From: the human T2T-CHM13v2.0 reference genome, Homo sapiens
Assembly: GCF_009914755.1 (NCBI RefSeq)
Contig: NC_060925.1
Direction: 5' to 3' (one strand)
Length of the DNA stretch: 64,000 bases
In this document: positions 54,316 through 64,000 of the stretch, piece by piece
Layout: every line of letters begins with the position of its first letter
Position numbering within the stretch: the stretch's first letter is position 1
Translations under genes and position numbers: made by a program
The notes under the pieces: model-generated
What the model was told of the DNA's origin: nothing
Database searches by the model: none
The model's input: only the letters and a program-made list of their open reading frames with translations

Positions 54316-57300
54316 ATGACAGGATCAAATTCACACATAACAATACTAAAAAGGTAAATGGGCTAAATGCCCCAATTAAAAGACACCGACTGGCAAACTG
54401 GATAAGGAGTCAAGACCCACTGGTGTCCTGTATTCAGGAGACCCACCTTATGTGCAAAGACACAAAAAGACTCAAAATAAAGGGATGGAGGAAAATTTGC
54501 CAAGCAAATGGAAAGCAAAAAAAAAAAGAAAAAAAAAGCAGGGGTTGCAATCCTAGTCTCTGACAAAACAGACTTTAAACCAACAAAGATCAAAATAGAC
54601 AAAGAAGTGCATTACATGATAGTGAAGGGAACAGTTCAACAAGTAGAGCTAACTATTTGAAATATATATGCACCCAGTACAGGAGCACCCAGATTCACAA
54701 AACAAGTTCTTAGAGACCTACAAAGAGACCTAGACACCCATACCTAGACTTTAACACCCCACTGTCAGATCAATGAGACCGAAAATTAACAAGGATATTC
54801 AGGACTTGGACTCAGCTCTGGATCAAGTGGACCTAGTAGACGTCTACAGAACTCTCTACTCCAAATCAACAGACTATACATTCTTCTCAGTGCCACATGG
54901 CACTTATTCTAAAATTGACCACGTAAGTGGAAGTAAAACACTCCTCAGCAAATCCAAAAGAACTGAAATCATAACAGCCTCTCAGGCCACAGTGTGCTCA
55001 AATTAGAACTCAGGATTAAGAAACTAACTAAAAACCACACAATTACATGGAAATTGAACAACCTGCTCCTGAATGACACCTGGGTAAATAATGAAATTAG
55101 GGCAGAAATCAAGAAGTTCTTTGACACCAACGAGAACAAAGAGACAATGTACCAGAATCTCTGGGACACAGCTAAAGCAGTGTTAAGAGGGAAATTTATA
55201 GCACTAAGTGCCCACATCAGAAAGCTTGAAAGATCTCAAATTGACACCCTAAGGTCACAATTAAAAGAGCTAGAAAGGCAAGAACAAACTAATCTAAAAG
55301 CTAGGAGAAGATAAGAAATAATTAAGGTCAGAGAAGAATTGAAGGAGATAGAGCCATGAAAAACTCTTTAAAAAATCAATGAATTCAGGGGCTGGTTTTT
55401 TGAAAAAAATTAACAAAATAGACCACTAGCTAGACTAATAAAGAAGAAAAGAGGGAAGAATCAGATAGACACAACAAAAAATAATAAATGAGGTATCACC
55501 ACGGACCCCACAGAAATACAAACTACCATCAGAGAATACCATAAACACCTCTGTGCAAATAAACTAGAAAATCTAGAAGAAATGGATAAATTCCTGGAAA
55601 CATACACTCTCCCAAGACTAAACCAGGAAGAAGTCGAATCCCTGAGTAGACCAATAACAAGTTCTTAAATTGGGGCTGCAATTAATAGCCTACCAACCAT
55701 AAAAACCCCAGGACCAGAAGGATTCACAGCTGAATTCTACCAGAAATATAAAGAAGAGCTGGTATCATTCCTTCAGAAAATATTCCAAACAATTGAAAAG
55801 AAGGGACTCCTCCCTAACTAATTTTATGAGAGCTGCATCATCCTGATACCAAAACTGGAAAGAGACACACACAAAAAAGAAAACTTCAGACCAATATCCC
55901 TGATGAACATCAGTGTGAAAATCCTAAAAAAAAATACTGGCAAACCATATCCAGCAGAACATCAAAAAACTTATCCACCACGATCAAGGCAGCTTCATCC
56001 CTGGGAGGCAAGGCTGGCTCAACATATGCAAATCATTAAATGTAATCCATCACATAAACAGAACTAGGCAAAAATTACATGACTATCTCATAGATGGAGA
56101 AAAGGCCTTTGATAAAGTTCCACATCCTTGCACGGTAAAAACTCTCAATAAACTAGGTACTGATGGAACATATCTCAAAATAATAAGAGCTATTTATGAC
56201 AAACCCACAGCCAATATCATACTGAATGGGCAAAAGCTGAAAGCATTCCCTTTGAAAACTGGTACAAGAAAAGGATGCCTCCTCTCACCACTCCTATTCA
56301 ACATAGTATTGGAAGTTCTGGCCAGGGCTATCAGGCAAGAGAAAGAAATAAACATATTCAAATAGGAAGAGAGGAAGTCAAATTGTCTCTGTTTGCAGAC
56401 GACATGATTGTATATTTAGAAAACCCCATCATCTCAGCCCAAAAATTCCTTCAACTGATAAGCAACTTCAGCAAAGTCTCAGGATACAAAATGAATGTGC
56501 AAAAATCACAAGCATTCCTTTATGCCAACAATAGACAAGCAGAGAGTGAAATCATGAATGAACTCCCATTCACAATTGCTACAAAGAGAATAAAATACCT
56601 TGGAATACAGCTAACTAGAGATGTGAATGACCTCTTCAAGGAGAAATACAAACCACTGCTCAAGGAAATAAGAGAGGACACAAGCAAATGGAAAAATATT
56701 TCATCCTCATGGATAAGAAGAATCAATATCATGAAAATGGCCATACTGACCAAAGTAACTTATGGATTCAATGCTATTCCCATCAAGCTACCAATGACTT
56801 TCTTCACAGAATTAGAAATCTACTTTAAATTTCATAGGGAATGAAAGAAAACCTCGTATAGCCAAGAAAATCCTAAGCAAAAAGACAAAGCTGGAGGCAT
56901 CACACTACCTGACTTCAAACTATACTAAGTCTACAGTAACCCAAACAGCTTACTACTGGTACCAAAACAGACATACAGACCAAGGGAACAGAATAGAGAC
57001 CTCAGAAATAACACCACACATCTACTACCATCTGATCCTCGACAAACCTGACAAAAACAAGCAATGGGGAAAGGATTTCCTATTCAGTAAATGGTGCTGG
57101 GAAAACTCGCTAGCCATATGCAGAAAACTGCAACTGGACCTCTTCTTTATGCCTTATACAAAAATTAACTCAAGATGAATTAAAGACTTAAATGTAAAAC
57201 CCAAAACCATAAAAACCCTAGAAGAAAATCTAGGCAATACCATTCAGGACATAGGCATGGACAAAATTTCATGACGAAAACGCCAAAAGCAATTGCGACA

Positions 57301-58114
57301 AAAGCTGAAATTGACAAATGAGATCTAATTAAACTAAAAAGCTTCTGTATAGCAAAAGAAAATATTATCATAGTGAACAGGCAACCTACATAATGGAAGA
57401 AAATTTTTGCAATCTACCCATCTGACAAATGTTGAATATCCAGTACTTACAAGGAACTTAAACAAATTTACAAAAAAAAAAAAAACCCATGAAAAAGTGG
57501 ACAAAGGATACAAACAGACACTTCTCAAAATAAGACATTTATGTGGCCAAGAAACATATGAAAAAAACTCAACATCTCTGATTATTAGAGAAATGCAAAT
57601 CAAAACCACAATGAGATACCATCTCTTGCCAGTCAGATGGTGATTATTAAAAAGTCAAGAAACAATAGATGCTGGTGAGGCTTGGATAAATAGGAGCGCT
57701 TTTACACTGTTGGTGGGAATGTAAATTAGTTCAACCATTGTGGAAGATGGTATGGTTTTGGTTCTAGATCAAGGATCTAGAACCAAAAATATCATTTGAC
57801 CCAGCAATCCCATTACTGAGTATATACCCAAAGGAATATAATTCATTCTACTATGAAGACACATGCACACATGTGTTTATTGCAGCACTATTCAAATAGC
57901 AAAGACATGGAACCAACCCAAATGCCCATCAATGACAGACTGGATAAAGAAAATGTGGTACATAAACATTACGGAATACTGTGCAGCCATAAGAAGGAAT
58001 GAGATCATGTCCTTTGCAGGGACTTGGATGAAGCTGGAAGCCATCATCCTCAACAAACTAACACAGGAACAGAAAACCAAATACTGCATGTTCTCACTCA
58101 TAAGTGGGAGATGA
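54316..58114 (+). pseudogene. L1 ORF2p (EN/RT), disrupted
   Basis: MTGSNSHITIL start, [15 protein letters not shown] motif (FADD at 56392-56403), MFSLISG end, and many stops and frameshifts. Confidence 0.92.
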
Positions 58115-58797
58115 ACAGTGATAACATGTGGACACAGGGTGGGGAACAACACACACCAGGGCCTGTTGGTGGGTGGAGGGTGAAGAAAGGGAACATAGAG
58201 GACAGGTCAATAGGTGTAGCAAACCACCATGGCACACATATACCTATGTAACAAACCTGCAAGTTCTGCACATGTATCCTGGAACTTAAAGTAAAATTTA
58301 AAAAAAATACTGAAAAAGAAAAAATATTTATAGGTCTATTATATAGTTATAACTATTATTAATATTTGCCATAACTTACCTACATTTTTGTACGTAAGTA
58401 CATGTTATAATAATACTATGTAAAACTGTGTATCTTGCTTTTTTCACTTGATATTAAAGAAGAAATTTTTGTACTAAATATTGATTTTAATAGCCATTAT
58501 AAATTCAATCATTTAGACATACCATAATTTATTACCAATCTCCTGTTGCTGTATGTTTACATAGTTTTAAATGTTCCACTATTATAAATAATATTGCAGT
58601 ATTCATCTTTTGAATAAAGCTGCTTTCTTGGGAAAGTTTCTCTGAGTTGGAATTATTTTCTTAAGCATATCTGTAACCTAAAAATGTCTCTTTCTAGCAT
58701 AAGAATTCATTATTATCTACTGAGCACTTACAATGCAACATACCAAGATACCGTTATGGCATAAATTATGCTTTGGGTGGTTGCATATTTACATGTG

Positions 58798-58855
58798 TTA
58801 AGTTGGTGCAAAAGTAATTGGTTTTACTTTTTGCAATACTTTTGCACCAACCTAA
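58798..58855. mobile_element. MADE1 (Hsmar1 MITE), internally shortened
   Basis: ttaagttggtgcaaaagtaattg...caatacttttgcaccaacctaa followed by TA. Confidence 0.88.
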
Positions 58856-59066
58856 TATGTCTCTCCCATCAGACTATGGGAGTCTCCCATTGGACTATGT
58901 CCTGAGGGCAGGACATTTGTCTTTCATCCTTGTATTTCTGACACTCAATGTAATATCAGGAAAATGGATCATAACCAATACTTGAACTGAAATTAGAATA
59001 AAAATATGGACTGTTATCAAACTCACACTTCACTTTCATCATAATCTCAGGTGAGGCCAGTAGTTC

Positions 59067-59928
59067 TGATAGGAACAGGAGGCAGGGAAATTCTTGGCAG
59101 AAGAGAGTGGGTCCCCAGTGAGGGCCCCACCCTCAAGCCTGGAACCGCGGCCCAAAATGAGAACATACATTCCTGCTTTCCTGCTTCAATAATGCCTTTT
59201 CCAAAACCACCCGTGGCCCGCCCTGTCCCCTATCCTGTGCCCATTAAAAACCCCGGGCTCTCCAGCAGAAAGAGGAGGAGAGGGGAAGCAATTGAATGTC
59301 AGAGACTGTGGTTGGATGTTAGAGAGAAGAGGCTTGACTTCAGAGGGATAGCTTGATGGTGTAGCTTTGGAAAGTAGTCCCTCTGAGTAGGGCTGGACTC
59401 CAGGAGAAGATTACCTCCCCACTGCATCCCCTTTTCATCTCCTCTTCCTGCTGAGAGCCACTTTGATTGGCAATAAACCATCGCCCCCCCCCCATTTCCA
59501 TCTCCAATTTGTTCCTGCAACATCATTCCTCTTGGACACTGGACAAGAACTCCAGTGCAGGTGCAAAAGGCTGTCACACTGACCCTCCACTGAGCTGTTA
59601 ACACTTAAGCCAACTGCAGATGGCAAGCTAAACAAGCACTGAGTGTAACACTCCTTCTGTAACACTCCTTCTGGGGCTTCAAGAGTCCCAGGCATCCCCC
59701 TAGACGCTGCTGTGGGGGCAATACGGAATTCATTCCTGCTGGCACCCAAAAGTGCTTGCCCTGGATCCTGCACCTGCTCACCTGTGCGCCCCCTCTTGTG
59801 AGGGGTAGAATGCAGTGAGTTCATGTGAGTGGAGTTTGTCCCTGCTGCCACTGAAGCACCCAGCTAGGTCCAGCGCCCGTGTACTCCAGTTCCTGCCCAC
59901 AAAGGGGTCACGGAGATTTCCTGCTTCA
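59067..59928 (+). mobile_element. LTR1-family solo LTR (ERV1)
   Basis: tgataggaacaggaggcagggaaat...ggccccaccctcaagcctgg...ttcctgcttca, near-TSD gttc/gtta, AATAAA at 59472-59477. Confidence 0.85.
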
Positions 59929-60035
59929 GTTAAGAGTTTTACCTTCACCCATATTTGACATTTTCCAGTCACTGTGAATTTGGCTGTTATATAGTCTGTG
60001 TGTTTTCATCCAATTCGATGGTGCTGTTTATTTAA

Positions 60036-60056
60036 ACACACACACACACACACACA
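60036..60056. repeat. (AC)10 microsatellite
   Basis: Seen directly. Confidence 0.9.
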
Positions 60057-62729
60057 TAAGATATTCTCTAAATTGTGTAATAATGTGCCTGCATTTTACT
60101 GGAGATGGCTCCCCACTGAAAACTATTAATCCCACCACAAATATGTTTACTTTTTGAGATTCAAAAACCAAAAATAGTGATAGGATCTTTGACTTTATCT
60201 CTGTGTTTGGTCTTGCTACCAACTGCCAACTGATTTTGAGATTCCAAAGGAAAATCTTTTCATATGTGCCTTCTGAGCATTGCATACTTTATGTCCTAAG
60301 AATTTAGGATTCAACTAGCTCTGCTCTGAGGGTGGGGTGTTTTGGTTTATAGAAATATTGAGGCAGCAATGCATCAGCAAGTTTGTATTGGGAAGAGAGA
60401 TGAATATTTCAAGCTCATATTCATACTGCCTTGGGAGGAATTTGTAATCTGGATCCCACAGCTGTTGCTAAGTGAACCAATGGGGTCGTTTTCCTCTGGC
60501 TAAGCCAGTAGGGGGTTCCCAAAGCCTGTCTCTCCTGCAAGATGCTCTCTGCATTTTTATTACTTGCTATAGCCTTAACAACTGTGTTTGGAAATGCATG
60601 ATTTTTTTCAAAAAAACCCTCTTATAAATTATGTATGTCTCTATTGACTTAAAATCACACTCATTCACAGGTTCTGTGTTTGGGAGAAAACAAAGAGCAT
60701 TTGGATGGGGCTGGATTCTTAAAACATTTCTCAAGACAGGGAGCTAAAAGGAAAGACTAACTTATCTGAGTATTATATGTGAGGGTTTCTGAGGTGATTT
60801 CATAAAATCTGGGGAGGGGGGAGTTGTGTGCCTAGCATGCTGAGATGGGGTCCATCCGTTTTATCTGCCTCTCCTTGGTAGCACTGTGCTGCTTCAAAAA
60901 TGGACTCTAGATCTTAAGGCTGGAAGGCTTTGTGATGGCATGAGGCTGTCAGCTAAGGGACAGTAGAAGGGATCACGTTTTAGAGGAAAGAATTTTTTAT
61001 AAAGTAGACATTGGGGACAAACAGTTTGTGCCAAATTTTCTATATCACTATGCAGCTCACAGCAAAACAGTGCTTTGCATATAGTAGGTTCTCTGCAAAT
61101 CTTTGTTAGTCTCCTATTGTATTCTTTGGTTTTAGATTTGAGGAATTCCTTGGGTCTGTTTAATTCGTTTACTTTTGAAGGATAAACACATAAAGATATA
61201 TTAGCAAGATATGGTTATATAATATAAACATAGCAGCCTCTGAAAACACTTGCTGTTTTTTTGTTTCCATGAAACTTGCTTTAGAAAGAAAAAAAATCAA
61301 GATTTTCCCCGATATTGTTCTCGTTTTTAGAGTTTCTCACTTTAATCTGAAAGGAGGCATTGAGTTCTTTGAGTCACACTGTTCTTATCCTTGACCCACT
61401 TAATTCCTAAAGTTGATTTCTTGTTTTTAAAATGCACATTACATCATCTGTTTGTATGAATAATTGCAAAAAAATGAACTTATGGTTAAAAATCCCCTGT
61501 GATTCAAAAAGCTGGTTTTTATGACTTTTAAGTGTGCAATATTGAGTTGATGAACATCATAAGTCTTTTTTTTAATTTAACAGCAATATATTTCCCTCAC
61601 TGAGCTTTGACCGGGTCTTATGAAGAGGATTCTCAAGTGGAGCCTCAGAGAGCAAGGCAGTCATTATTGACTTTACTAAAGCTTTTGTGAATATATGTTG
61701 CCATATCACCAACATTTCCGTGATTTAAATTCAACACTAAATTGGCTCTGGTAATGTTAACCAACAGATTGGACGCAATTCCAGTAGCACATATTCTGAC
61801 ATCTTATCTAACGGATCTTAGCTGTTCTCCTGCAGAAATAAGTTTGGAGCAGGGCTGCAATGCAACCTTAATTATGGGGTAGATGGGCCAGCTACAATAG
61901 GATGTTCTGCTGCTAGATGTTCTGTTCCAGAGAAGGATGCAGTCAGTTCAAGCTGTTTTTGACTGATGTTTCAAATTGTGGTCTAGTAAACAGGTCTGAA
62001 AATAGCTACTTTTTTAAAGACTGTAAATTCCTGTAAATTAGGGTATGATTTAAAAATTAACCCTAAAAAGAATAAGTGTTGAAGGATGGAGCAACTTTCA
62101 GTTTTGAATTACTAGCTGGATGCAGTAGTACTCCATTCTTAAAAGACAAGGAAGCGGGTCATTAGAGAGGATGCATCTAAATGCTATGTGTCAGAAAGGA
62201 AAGGAAAATGGAGTTTCTTTACTGCTGAAAAACTGTGTAATTAGCTGAGATAACAAGCATTGATATTTATTGTTGTGGAATGCAAGGAAGAAACTGAAAA
62301 ACAAAACTCCTGGTGTCTCCACTCCACATCTGCTGAACTAATTTGGGGGTAATTTTATCATTTTAATCTGCATGTTGCTCTTCCCCAGTTGCTAAAGTAC
62401 CCTGGTGCATACCAGATGTCAGACATTTAATGAGGCCTCCGAGGTTTGGGATAAATTTGATTGCAGGTGTTTAATGGCTGTCAGGCCTTTGGACAAACCC
62501 GTAAGCTGGTGGTTCCTGGTTTGCAATGATTCACAATACTCAACTCTTTAGTAAATGTTAGTGGCCATTCTAGCCACTAGGAGGAGCTGGAGGCTACTCC
62601 ATCCACTACTCAACAGGCAAGACTGGTCCAGATGTAAGAGCAAAAGATTTTACTGTAGTAGGGTACTACGGAGTCAGTACTATAAAAGATGGAATTAGAT
62701 CTCAGCCCATAAAGATATGACTTGAAGGA

Positions 62730-63750
62730 GCATATAGTGGTTAAGAGTGATGGTTCCTAGGGTCTAGGTTTCAAGTCCTGCAAAATAGCAAATTTTCCTA
62801 AGTCTCAGTTTCCTCAACTTTGAAACAAAGTTAGTATTAGTACCTATCCCTTAGGTTGTTGTGAGCAAGAAATAAGATAATCCAGGTAAAGAACTTAGCT
62901 ACACTGTTAGTACTGCCTCATTAAATTTATATATATATATAGTGATCTGATGCTTAGGTGTTCACTTTATCTTGGGGAATCCTCTTCTGTAGAGCTTGGA
63001 TTCCAGCTAAGGTAGATGATGACTTGATCACCTATGCTAGGATCATCAGTTCCCTTACAGATGTAGTTTAGCCTAGTACTTTGAAGCACAGATTCTAGAG
63101 GCATACAGTTCTGAGTTGGAGTCCTGGTTTGGACACTTAGTAACTCTGTGACCTTGGGAAGGTTATTTAATCTTGTTAGATCTCAGTTTTCGTAATCTTT
63201 ATATGAATAAAACAATAATAACTTAGTTACGTAGTTGTTAGGATTACAATGAAATGACTCTTGGAACTATGTTTTCAATAGTATCTCGTGCATGGTAGTA
63301 CTCAATAAATGTTTTCTAGTATTATTATTCCTTACTCCCAATACTTTATTTACTTAAAAAAAATCTTCTGTTCTCTCTATTATACTTTACTTCAAAATTT
63401 CAGACATCATTGGCTATAGAAAATTTTTTTATAAGACAAGTAGGTCTTCCCATTTCCCCTGAACTAATTACAACTTTGATTCTGATCATCTCTACCTCGG
63501 TCACTTTAAGATTACAGACTGTTGGATCAGAATATACAGTGTTCATTTTCTTATTCTTAGATGTCTCACATTTTAGCTAACATGCCTGGATTTGAAGACC
63601 TGTTAAATGTGATATTGTGAGAAAGAACCTCTCAACATTAGTTTCCTCATCCTTAAAAAGGGACTAATAATATCTAATTTATAGCATTGCATTTTAAAAT
63701 ACTCTTATTTGGGTAAAGCACAGTGCCTGGCACATGGTAGGCACTCAAAA
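62730..63750 (+). mobile_element. Cluster of three MIR copies (~62730-62920, 63080-63330, 63580-63750)
   Basis: ctcagtttcctca / tgtgaccttgggaaggttatttaa / cacagtgcctggcacatggtaggcactcaa motifs. Confidence 0.7.
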
Positions 63751-64000
63751 AATGAGCCAGATTGCTGAGGAAGATGGGGGTTGAGGGGCCAAGGGGTTCA
63801 CATAAATTTTCACCTGGCTTCTTAATTTAATCCTTTCTCTTCCTTCCTTTGGGATAGATGTTTTCTCCTTTGTCCATTTTTATTTCCATTACTTTCCATG
63901 CCACTAGATCCAACCTCAAAATCTACCAGCCATTAAGTAAGGAAATATAAGCTGGTGCCAGTTGTATTGATCACTGATGCTTTGGTATTTTCATTGCTGA

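Noticed and set aside
56275-56844. 189-aa ORF with intact FADD
   Set aside because: Fragment of a heavily disabled ORF2; cannot encode active RT.

Overview
Primate genomic DNA (human or great ape), AT-rich and CpG-poor. It contains the 3' end of SNX7 (sorting nexin 7) on the + strand: the penultimate coding exon (6364-6516), a 21.7-kb last intron, and the terminal exon (CDS 28173-28250, AATAAA at 28600-28605). About 35 kb of intergenic DNA follows. The rest is mostly transposon fossils: Alu/FLAM, MIR, L2, L3/CR1, old L1M copies, one near-full-length dead L1PA8A-like element, ERV1/ERVL/MaLR LTRs, hAT/Tigger/mariner MITEs, and microsatellites. Almost all ORF-track entries are chance ORFs or TE remnants. 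I see no clear new multi-gene system. The best leads are post-transcriptional hypotheses for SNX7: a 60-nt 3'UTR hairpin with a Pumilio element at its apex, CPE/miR-9 motifs, a possible intronic-polyadenylation isoform ending in a PDZ-ligand motif, and a candidate poison microexon. Other leads are a CTCF/YY1-like site, perfect palindromes that look like template-switch products, and two deeply nested TE clusters. Gene and repeat-subfamily names come from recognising the sequence, not from database searches, and boundaries of old repeats are approximate.
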